Assembly (NCBI GenBank): GCA_964291395.2
Contig: OZ219858.1
Coordinates: 544,001-608,000, forward strand
Length of the DNA stretch: 64,000 nucleotides
Direction: 5' to 3'
DNA from: Alphaproteobacteria bacterium
Lineage (GTDB): Bacteria; Pseudomonadota; Alphaproteobacteria; UBA2966
The position numbers were made by a program, and so were the translations under genes. The notes below the pieces were generated by a model. That model made no database searches. It was not told where the DNA came from and saw nothing but the letters and a program-made list of their open reading frames with translations. This document shows, piece after piece, positions 56,385 to 64,000 of this stretch (positions are counted from its first letter, which is position 1; every line of letters starts with the position of its first letter).

Positions 56385-56924
56385 TTATCGGCCGGGTTCA
56401 TCCGGCTGGAAATGCCGGACCCTGGGGAGCAGGTCCGGGCTCGGACGGCCGTCGACGGTCGCGGCCCAGCCGATGACGTCCGGGCGCCGGCCGAATAACG
56501 CGAAGACCTCCCCGTCCCTGTCGGGGCCGGGCTGGAGGCCGCCGTCGACGCGCCATCCGTGGGCCGCGCCGAGTTTCAGCGCCGCCGAAGGCGCGGCGAT
56601 GCCGTCGGCATGCTCCCGATGCCGCCGGGCGGCTTGCCGGCATGCCGGCCAGGTGTCCGGTCCACCGGTCAGTGTTTCGCGGGGCAGGTCCGGCCGATGC
56701 GACGGGGTTTCGCCGATGTCGACCGCCCAGAGGGCGCGGCGGACGGTGGAAAGATCCTGCGGGTCGCGGATCTCCTCGTGTCGAAGAAACTCCGCCCACG
56801 CGCCGTCCGGCGTGTCGCAGAAGTAGTGGGTCAGCTCGCCCGGCGCGTTCCACCGGCCGGCGGATTGCGACGAATCCTCCCGCAGAAAGGGAAAGCGGGG
56901 ATCGGCGTGCCGATAGGCGATCAC
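56385..56924 (-). CDS. RES-domain toxin
   Basis: AYRH, QSAGRWN, HYF, AWAEFLRH, APSAA (R-E-S residues); GTGA coupling to the upstream gene. Confidence 0.8.
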   Translation of the reverse strand: MIAYRHADPRFPFLREDSSQSAGRWNAPGELTHYFCDTPDGAWAEFLRHEEIRDPQDLSTVRRALWAVDIGETPSHRPDLPRETLTGGPDTWPACRQAARRHREHADGIAAPSAALKLGAAHGWRVDGGLQPGPDRDGEVFALFGRRPDVIGWAATVDGRPSPDLLPRVRHFQPDEPGR

Positions 56925-57541
56925 GTCGCCGGCGACGACGCCAATGCCCGGGCGAGATCGCGGACCCTTCGGGGGCCGTCGTCTCCCGGCGACCACTCGT
57001 GGCCGAGCGCCTGCGCGGGCGTGTCGCCGTCGAGCCGCTCGCGGGGCCGGTCGAACCAGCGCCGGACCCCGATGTCGTTGTACGCCCCGCCAAGGTCCCC
57101 GACGACGAAGGCGAGAAAGTGGAGCCGGGCGGCGATCGCGTCCGGGGTGGAGCGGTTGCCGGAAATGTAGCGCCGCGCACTGGACTGGGAGATGCCGAGG
57201 AGGCGGGTCAGCAGTTCCACTCCCAGGACGCCCTGCAGGGCGCGCCATTCGTGCGCGGGGGCCGGGGATTGGTCGAGGGCCTCGTTGATCTTCTCCAGGA
57301 GCGCGGAAAGCCGGGCGGCATCGGAGCAGGGCAACCGGTGAAGTTCCGCAAGGAAGCTGCGGCCGATACCGGCTTCGGCCATGCCCGCTTCGAGCCCCTG
57401 AATCGCGGAATCGTCCAGGCAGGTGATAGGACGCAAGAGCAGGCCCATCGCGTCGGCGCGCGTCAGCGCCCCGATCGCCGCGGAGGCGAGCCTCGGGTCG
57501 TCGAACGGACTGCGAACGGACTGGATATGGAGATTCGTCAT
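56921..57541 (-). CDS. Xre/MbcA/ParS-type antitoxin with N-terminal extension
   Basis: HTH LTRLLGISQSSARRY; C-terminal VRRWFDRPRERLDGDTPAQAL. Confidence 0.78.
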   Translation of the reverse strand: MTNLHIQSVRSPFDDPRLASAAIGALTRADAMGLLLRPITCLDDSAIQGLEAGMAEAGIGRSFLAELHRLPCSDAARLSALLEKINEALDQSPAPAHEWRALQGVLGVELLTRLLGISQSSARRYISGNRSTPDAIAARLHFLAFVVGDLGGAYNDIGVRRWFDRPRERLDGDTPAQALGHEWSPGDDGPRRVRDLARALASSPAT

Positions 57542-57580
57542 GATCCAAATGTGTGCCACGTCTGCGGCCGCGTCAATGCT

Positions 57581-57673
57581 GACTGGACCGGGCCGGTGCG
57601 GATTCCCGACAGAGCGGCCCGCGTTCTGCTGACCGTCATGGATCGAAACCCTGACGCCGTGGTCGAGGCGCTC
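57581..57673 (+). pseudogene. HigA/Xre antitoxin C-terminal remnant
   Basis: RIPDRAARVLLTVMDRNPDAVVEAL matches the PDxAARxLLxVIxxxPEAV tail of Xre antitoxins. Confidence 0.65.
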
Positions 57674-57969
57674 GAATACGAGGCTCGGTCCGCACGGGCG
57701 GACAGGCGATCCGATGTCATGACGTGGATCGCGAACGTGTTTCAGCCCGCGGATTCGAGGTTCACGTCGGAATACGACTGCCGCTTCCGGGCGGGGAGGA
57801 GCGGAGAGCGCGCTCAGGTGATCGTAGTTGGGTGTGAGGCGCTGTTTCACTGAATTGTTCCAGATCGTGGACGCTCGGTGGGCAGGCTTCTTGGCGGGCA
57901 TTGTCGGACCGAGGAAACACCGGGACGTACTAAGGATGGGGTCGGAGGCGGCGAGCGGGCTAGGTCCTT

Positions 57970-58646
57970 CTACGTCAGTCGATACACGGCGCGGAGAAGA
58001 TCAGCCGCCTCATCCCGGGTGAAGGGAACTCCAAAAGCCCTGGGATCGAGAGTTTGGTCGGCGTGAGCCAGGTCGACGAAAGCACGAAGATCCCTGCGGA
58101 CGGGTTCCGGCAGTGCGACCCGAGCATCCTCAGGCAGGAGCTGCGCCAGCCGGAAGACGATGTCCGTCCTTTCGGTTTACGTTTCCATCGGACCGAGCTT
58201 CGAGAACCGCGCGGGCCTTGAACGGAATGAGCAGGGTCTCGTCGATCGTGACGCCGTTCTTTGGTTGGAGCGCCTCGAAATAGGCGTCGTCCAGCAGGAT
58301 CGCCGAGAGGCTGACATGTCTGGCCGGTCGTAGATCGCGTCTTCGGGCAGGTCGAGGTCCAGCAAAGAGCTCGATCATGAAGGGGAAACGGTGGAAGCGA
58401 GAATTCCCTGCGCCCGTCGCTCCGTTCGCGGGCCTGATATCCGCCTGCGTCCAGGAATGCGTGGAAGGCCCGTCCGAACTCGGCGTCCACCACCTCGACG
58501 CAGAGCACCATGTCGATGTCTCTGGTCGCCCTGAAATCGAGGCCGGCTGCGTCGAACAGCAGATCGCAAGCGGTGCCGCCGATGATGGCGTACTGGCCCT
58601 CGTGGGCCGCGAAGTGTTCGCGAAACTTGTCGATTCCGGTTACCAC
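57970..58646 (-). pseudogene. AbiEii-like nucleotidyltransferase, multiply frameshifted
   Basis: Intact 5' IIGGTAC...RATRDID; blocks FPFMIELF, DLPEDA, VSLSAILLDDAY, LIPFKARA, VFRLAQLL lie in alternating frames. Confidence 0.8.
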
Positions 58647-59626
58647 GGCATTCCGTCCAACAGTCGTTCCGCCGCCATGGAAACGCGCTCATCGCGGTGA
58701 TCGTGGAACTGCGCGTAGAGCGACAGCGGATCCACGGTCCGCGCGGTGGACAAGGCAGCCGGGTCATATGACCAGGTTTCCACGATATGGGAAGCCCGAT
58801 CCCGGTCGGTTTCGACGAACTCGCCGGCCTGGGCGACCCTCTTCCAATCGGCGGCCGCGACCGCGAGAGCCGGCAGCGGCGGCGGGGAGAGGTCGGTCAG
58901 CTCGGCGAGCGCGCTCTCGCCGGCACGTTTCAGCGGCGGCGCGGCGTGAACGTCCCGGATGAATTTCTCGGTGCGCACGGGGCTGTGCAGCAGGTCGTGG
59001 GCGGCATCGAACAGTTGCCTCCCTTCGGCCTCGAACCGGATGCGCCGCTCTCTGCCGTGTCGTTCGGTCTGGGCCAGCCCGGCACCGACCAGATCGTCGA
59101 ACGCGCGGCCGATCGACATCGCCGAGTAGCGCAACTGAGTCGCTACGAGGGATGGGGTTGTGGCGGTCTCGTCGAGCCGCAGAAGGCGATGGAACAGTAC
59201 CGCTTGAGCCGCCGGCGAGAGGCCGACTGCGCGGCGCGGCTTCGGCGTGCGGAAGCGTTCGCGCAAGTCCATCGCGAGGTCGGGAATGTAGAGCTGTTTG
59301 CCTGGCACGACGAAAGGAACCCGGTGTCCGATGAGGCGCGAGCGGTTGTGCGCGCTCAGCCACGGAGCGACGAAGACGACGATCGCGTCATCGGCGGGGC
59401 GGACCAAGGCGACATGCTTTGCGATGTCGGACGGCGTGGCGGTGTTGTCTGTGGTCGCGAGGAAGATACATCGTCTTCCGACTATGTAGCCTTCGTGGAG
59501 GCTGTACATCCGAGAAAGAAAGGAGGGAAGGCTGGGCGCGCCGTCGAGCGTAGCGACCCTTGCAGGTTCGTGAAGCGTATCTTCGAGATAGCGTTGGAGC
59601 GCGGCGGTGATGGGCATTGCCAGCAT
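58640..59626 (-). CDS. Winged-helix regulator, AbiEi-like partner of the nucleotidyltransferase
   Basis: R--LI--RVPFVVPGKQLYIP, LSPAAQ, YSAMSIGRAFDDL, AGESAL, W-YDP, VDPLSLY, DERV; overlaps the toxin start. Confidence 0.75.
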   Translation of the reverse strand: MLAMPITAALQRYLEDTLHEPARVATLDGAPSLPSFLSRMYSLHEGYIVGRRCIFLATTDNTATPSDIAKHVALVRPADDAIVVFVAPWLSAHNRSRLIGHRVPFVVPGKQLYIPDLAMDLRERFRTPKPRRAVGLSPAAQAVLFHRLLRLDETATTPSLVATQLRYSAMSIGRAFDDLVGAGLAQTERHGRERRIRFEAEGRQLFDAAHDLLHSPVRTEKFIRDVHAAPPLKRAGESALAELTDLSPPPLPALAVAAADWKRVAQAGEFVETDRDRASHIVETWSYDPAALSTARTVDPLSLYAQFHDHRDERVSMAAERLLDGMPW

Positions 59627-59657
59627 CTCGCGGTATCTTGCTAACGTCACGACGAAT

Positions 59658-59678
59658 ACTAACACTATCAATGTTAGT
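59658..59678. promoter_or_regulatory. Operator-like palindrome upstream of the AbiEi-like gene
   Basis: ACTAACA-N7-TGTTAGT in an AT-rich patch. Confidence 0.6.
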
Positions 59679-59705
59679 GTGCAAGAATATCGTTATGGAT
59701 GTATC

Positions 59706-59885
59706 CGCTCAGGGCGCGATGCCATGCCGGAACTGATGAAGCACGACAACATCCGGCACGACTGGGTGATCCGAAAGCGACGCTTCGTTTCCTTCTTCGA
59801 TCCAAGAGACTACGGCACGACCGCCATCGTGGATCATGACCAAATCGAGGCGATCGAACTGGACGGCAACGAACGGCGCGTCTAA
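59706..59885 (+). pseudogene. Internal fragment resembling the DUF4365(DREN)-APAZ partner of short prokaryotic Argonautes
   Basis: RHDWVIRKRRFVSFFDPR...IVDHDQIEAIE resembles the recalled RFDW-I----F-SF-DPR----IVD-DQVEA segment. Confidence 0.5.
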
Positions 59886-59956
59886 ATAATGTGTCGTCGA
59901 CCGTCGGCGCTCGGACGGCTCGAGATCCGGCGTAGTGGTTTGAGGCATAACGGCAA

Positions 59957-60721
59957 ATGGCGAGAAAGAACCGGCCCGCGGTCGTGGGTGTTCCCGCGAG
60001 TATCCGGCGAATAAACGAGAACGAATTTCACGCGGTGGCGACCCGCTACCTCGAGGCGGTTGCCCGCCACACGGGAGCGGAGCCCGTCATCATTCCCGCC
60101 ATCGGCGGCCATCTCGACTTCGAAGACCTGATGCGGCGGGTCGATGGTTTTTTCTTCACCGGCTGTCCGTCCAATGTCGAGCCTCATCATTACGACGAAC
60201 CCGTCAACCTGACACCCGACAGGCGTGATCCCGACCGCGACGCCACGACGCTGCCGTTGATCCGGTTTGCGCTCGCCAATGCGGTTCCCATGTTCGCCAT
60301 CTGCCGGGGCTTCCAGGAGCTGAACGTCGCCCTCGGCGGCAGTCTCCACCAGTTGCTGCACGAGGTTCCCGGAAAATGGGATCACCGGGGCGGCGGTGAC
60401 AAACCCCACGAGGAACGGTTCGCTCCCAGGCATCACGTTTCCCTGACTCCAAGGGGTCAACTCGCCGACCTGACGGAGTCGGCGCGGATCGTGGTGAACT
60501 CGCTTCATGGTCAAGGCGTCGATCGCCTGGGACGCGACCTGCACGTCGAGGCCATTGCCGATGACGGCACCGTCGAAGGGTTTCGGGTGGACGGTGCGGG
60601 AGCGTTCGCGCTGGGCGTCCAGTGGCACCCGGAGTGGCGCACGGAAGAGACACCTCACTATGGCGCTCTGTTCGGCGCGTTCGGCGCCGCCGTCAAGGAA
60701 CGGGCCCTCACCCGTCGATGA
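59957..60721 (+). CDS. puuD: Gamma-glutamyl-gamma-aminobutyrate hydrolase family (peptidase C26)
   Basis: TG-PSNV-P, ICRGFQELNVALGG, VNSLHGQG, GVQWHPE. Confidence 0.85.
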   Translation: MARKNRPAVVGVPASIRRINENEFHAVATRYLEAVARHTGAEPVIIPAIGGHLDFEDLMRRVDGFFFTGCPSNVEPHHYDEPVNLTPDRRDPDRDATTLPLIRFALANAVPMFAICRGFQELNVALGGSLHQLLHEVPGKWDHRGGGDKPHEERFAPRHHVSLTPRGQLADLTESARIVVNSLHGQGVDRLGRDLHVEAIADDGTVEGFRVDGAGAFALGVQWHPEWRTEETPHYGALFGAFGAAVKERALTRR

Positions 60722-61317
60722 GGTTCGCCACCGAAGACCCGGACGACCCTGAGTCGTTGGATCTTGAAGACTTTCCCACGCTTCAGGCGGTGGCGCGTTT
60801 CGCGCAAGCGGTGCCGCACGTTCCGTGGTTCCTGCACCTCGGCGAGCCGTTGACGGAGGAGGTCCGCCGGATCGCCGAGTCCTATGTTCACGCGCTGGGA
60901 TTTCCCGATTGTGCGATCGCCGTGATCGGCGACTGGGAGGAGGCCGGAGACGCGGCGGAGAATCCCGGATTCGACGACGCCTCCTGGGAGGTCGAGGAGC
61001 AGCTTACCGCGGGACTCATGGATGACGCCCTCGCCGTTGTCGAAGAGCAGGAGCTGGCGACCGCGTTGACGCACGCTTCGGCCGCCGGGGGTGACGCCGC
61101 GAAGCTGGCGATAGAGGAAGCGGCCGCACTCGCCGGCCACTCCGACCCCGCGTTTCTCGACGCGGCCGTGGGCGCCGCGACGAAAGCCTGTTATCAGGCG
61201 GCCCTGTTACTGGCGGGCGGCGGAGACGAGGATCATGCCGTGGTCTTCAAGTACAAGCTGTTCGAAAGCGGCCGCTGGCCCGTCGGCATCGTCGGAAGCA
61301 CCTTCAACATATTCTGA
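60718..61317 (+). CDS. Acidic hypothetical protein
   Basis: ATGA-coupled to puuD; coherent composition; C-terminal KYKLFESGRWPVGI. Confidence 0.75.
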   Translation: MRFATEDPDDPESLDLEDFPTLQAVARFAQAVPHVPWFLHLGEPLTEEVRRIAESYVHALGFPDCAIAVIGDWEEAGDAAENPGFDDASWEVEEQLTAGLMDDALAVVEEQELATALTHASAAGGDAAKLAIEEAAALAGHSDPAFLDAAVGAATKACYQAALLLAGGGDEDHAVVFKYKLFESGRWPVGIVGSTFNIF

Positions 61318-61414
61318 TATCGGGCCGGGTCCTCGATATCCATGATCGACCCGACCGCCGGCTCGAGAGGCTCGCGTCGGGCGGTGAGACGGTGGATGAA
61401 GAGATCCGAGAGGT

Positions 61415-61861
61415 TCAGGAGTTGAGCGCCCGGGTCAGCTGGCCGGTCGTCTTCTCGAGACGGGTCGCGAGCTCGCGCATGATTTCGACGGCCATCTGCG
61501 GAAATTCTCCCATCATGCGGAAGAACAGTTCCTTGGAAATCTTCAGGACTTCGACGTCCTGGTCCGCGATCACCGTGGCCGTTCGCGGGACGTCACAGAG
61601 AATGGCGATCTCACCCACGATATCGTTCTCGTGCACTTCGGCGACCTTCACGTCACCGTTGGGTGTCGAGACCACGATCCCGACCGAACCTTTGATGATG
61701 ATGTAGGCGGAATCGCCTATCTCGCCCTGGCGGCAGAGCTCGGTGCCCTCCCGGAACTTCAGGCGCTCGCTCGTGAAAGCCAGGAGCTTGAGTTTCGACG
61801 GCTCGATATTCGAGAACAGCGGGATCCGCCGTAGAAGATCGACTTCCTCGTTCAAGCTCAT
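61415..61861 (-). CDS. Stand-alone cyclic-nucleotide-binding domain protein
   Basis: LRRIPLF, QGEIGDSAYIII-G, phosphate-binding cassette GEIAILCDVPRTATV. Confidence 0.92.
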   Translation of the reverse strand: MSLNEEVDLLRRIPLFSNIEPSKLKLLAFTSERLKFREGTELCRQGEIGDSAYIIIKGSVGIVVSTPNGDVKVAEVHENDIVGEIAILCDVPRTATVIADQDVEVLKISKELFFRMMGEFPQMAVEIMRELATRLEKTTGQLTRALNS

Positions 61862-61881
61862 TGTTTCCGTCCCACCGGCTG

Positions 61882-64000
61882 TCAAGCGCCGTCGATCAAC
61901 CGCCTGAAATATGACCCGTCCCGGTTGAGCTCTTCGAAAGTGCCTTGTTCCACGATCTTTCCCGATCGCATGACGAGCACATGGTCGAACTCTCTCGCGA
62001 GATCCGCCTTGTGCAGTACCCAGACCAGCCCGCGACCGGCGAACTCCTCGAGCAGATTGCTCATTATCAGCCCCTGGCTCGCGGTGTCCAGCGCGGCCGT
62101 CGCCTCGGCGAGAAACAGTATGTCGGGCCGCTTTAGAACGCCGCGCGCGATCGCAAGCTTCTGACGCTGTCCCGACGACAGTCGCGAACCGGACACGCCG
62201 ACGTCATACCTCAATCCGACTTCGACGACCGTGTCCCTGAGGCCGAGCTCCGAGACGACTTCCGTGATCAGCGCGCTGACGCGGTCCGCGGCTTCAGGCC
62301 GTCCGTAGACGACTCTCCCGAAAATGATGTTGTCCTGAATGTTCGCCGTGCTCGCGTAGGTGTCGAGATCGAGGAATTCCACGGAGTCGCTCGCGTCCTC
62401 GGGAAGATCCCTGGCGAACACTTCGCGGGCATCCAGCAGCTTGGCTTGAATATCGTCATCGATCATGCCCAGGCGGTGCCGCGCGGGAACCAGTTTGAAG
62501 GGCAGCGACATGATACGGGAGCGCTCCTCGGCCGACAGATCCGCCAACCTCTCGCGGTCGACGCGCGTGAGCCAATGCTGGAGCTCGCCCAGCTCTTCCG
62601 CCGACACGAAGCTGTACTGCTGGAACAATTCGTGATCGGGCGGCACGTCGGCAAAAATCTCGACCATGGTGGCGGCCGTGTCATATCCGATCTGAAGAAT
62701 GCTCTCTGTCAGACCGACCTTCTCCAGGACCTCCAGGACATATGGATTTTCGCCGAGCCGTTCCATGTCGAAGGCTTCGCCGACGACATTGCCGAATAGA
62801 AGGTTTTCTCCGACGGTCGCATTGGCGTTGTAGGCGGACCGATCGAACACCTCGATCAGGTCCGCCATGCCTTCGTCATCGGCCAGGCGCTCGCGGAACG
62901 CCGAGCGGGCTCGAAGAATCGCCTCGGCCATGTCGCCGCGTGCCTCGGGATCGACCGTTCCCCTGAGTCCCCATCGGTACACCTCGTCGTCGAGACCTAC
63001 CATTTCCAGGGCGCGAAGTCCCTGTGCCTGAAGGGCCTCGGGAGTGGCCGCGCCGGCGGACTCCATGTCCACCCAATCGGCCTTGATGTCGAGGGTGGTA
63101 TTGCCGGAAGCCTTCGCTTCATTCTCGTGCCAGCTGCGCTGGCTCTTGGCATCGTCGCCGTATTCGAACTCCCGCATGGGGCGATGCTTCAAGCCGTAGA
63201 ACAGATTGAAGCCCAGGGAGCCGGCGAAGACGTATCCCTGCTGACCCACGTAGGCGAGCCGGCGTCCCGTGATCGCCTCCGGCAGACCCGCCAATTCGAG
63301 TCCGCCGACCGAGACGCCTCCTCGTGTCGGATACAGAAGTCGACTCAGCAGCTGTACCAATTCGGTCGCGCCGCTTCCCGATTCGCCGACGATGGCAACC
63401 CGCGACGGCATCGGCATCTCCAGCGAGACACCGTCGACGACGTTGTCCCCGACCTCGTCGGTCAGCGTCAGGTTGGCCGCCGTCAGGTCGCCGGTCAGCG
63501 GGTCGATGGACTCCGGTTCCTCCGTCTGCAGGCTTTCGTCGGGCATGCCGACCGGCTCGAACTGGCTGATGACCTGATCGTATTTGATCTTCGCGTCCTC
63601 CCGCCGCTGGTAGAACGCGAGAAGTTCCTTCCAGGGGGCACCCAAATCCTTGTGCGCCGCGATTGCGGCGACCAGCGTCCCCATTTCCAGCGACCCGGAA
63701 ATGACGAGGTAGCCGCCCAGCGAATAGAAGAAGAACGGACCCAGTTGTTGGATGAAGTTGTTGATGAACTTGATGACGAACTTCTGGCGGTAGATGCGGT
63801 ACCGCACGTGGAAGATGCTCCCCAGCCGATCGGAAAAATCGGCCAGCACGAACTGCGACGTGTCGTGAACGTGGACTTCGGGAACCCCTTGGACCGCCTC
63901 GCCGATGCGGTCCGACAGGCGACGCACCAGACGCACCCTTTCCTTGCCCAAGGCGTTCACGCGCATCTGCAAGCGCGGAATCAGGTATAGCTGAATGGGA
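61882..64000 (-). CDS. ABC exporter-like protein (TMD plus expanded, degenerate NBD); 5' end outside window
   Basis: TMD tail, Walker A GESGSGAT, Q-loop YVGQ, LSSGQRQK, Walker B LFLAEAT, WVLH. Confidence 0.88.
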   Translation of the reverse strand, partial: PIQLYLIPRLQMRVNALGKERVRLVRRLSDRIGEAVQGVPEVHVHDTSQFVLADFSDRLGSIFHVRYRIYRQKFVIKFINNFIQQLGPFFFYSLGGYLVISGSLEMGTLVAAIAAHKDLGAPWKELLAFYQRREDAKIKYDQVISQFEPVGMPDESLQTEEPESIDPLTGDLTAANLTLTDEVGDNVVDGVSLEMPMPSRVAIVGESGSGATELVQLLSRLLYPTRGGVSVGGLELAGLPEAITGRRLAYVGQQGYVFAGSLGFNLFYGLKHRPMREFEYGDDAKSQRSWHENEAKASGNTTLDIKADWVDMESAGAATPEALQAQGLRALEMVGLDDEVYRWGLRGTVDPEARGDMAEAILRARSAFRERLADDEGMADLIEVFDRSAYNANATVGENLLFGNVVGEAFDMERLGENPYVLEVLEKVGLTESILQIGYDTAATMVEIFADVPPDHELFQQYSFVSAEELGELQHWLTRVDRERLADLSAEERSRIMSLPFKLVPARHRLGMIDDDIQAKLLDAREVFARDLPEDASDSVEFLDLDTYASTANIQDNIIFGRVVYGRPEAADRVSALITEVVSELGLRDTVVEVGLRYDVGVSGSRLSSGQRQKLAIARGVLKRPDILFLAEATAALDTASQGLIMSNLLEEFAGRGLVWVLHKADLAREFDHVLVMRSGKIVEQGTFEELNRDGSYFRRLIDGA

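Noticed and set aside
1-64000. CRISPR array or integron cassette array organising the TA fragments
   Set aside because: I found no recurring repeat or attC-like element between fragments, and no cas or integrase gene

Overview
GC-rich bacterial chromosome segment, most likely alphaproteobacterial (cnoX-LON-trm112-DUF971-ubiH and glnK-amtB-aminotransferase-ftsK-lolA backbone). The left half covers organic-nitrogen and C1 metabolism. It opens with an N-methylglutamate/gamma-glutamylmethylamide cluster of non-canonical architecture: mgsA, a fused mgsB-mgsC, a GltD-like NAD(P)H oxidoreductase fused to a degenerate second MgsC-like barrel, and gmaS. This is followed by zur facing an eroded znuA, emrAB, a TauD/fold-IV transaminase/hydantoinase/class III aminotransferase block, pyrF, mct-meh, tandem MBL hydrolases, sgaA, a TRAP transporter, amidase, LLM oxidoreductase, D-carbamoylase, a single-chain ABC exporter and tRNA-Gly. 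The right half is core backbone whose intergenic gaps are filled with toxin-antitoxin modules. Two are intact (HipBA-like, Xre-RES). Most survive only as deleted fragments: RelE, RelB-ParE, Phd-VapC, AbiEi/AbiEii, HigA, IS66 and a probable short-Argonaute APAZ scrap. Best candidates for something new: (1) the reductase-coupled 'methyl-GOGAT' locus, (2) a window-wide deletion/templated-insertion signature that mostly hits toxin genes, (3) a pseudo-ATPase ABC protein with a triplicated helical subdomain paired with a stand-alone cNMP-binding protein. Family calls come from motif recognition only; no database searches were run.
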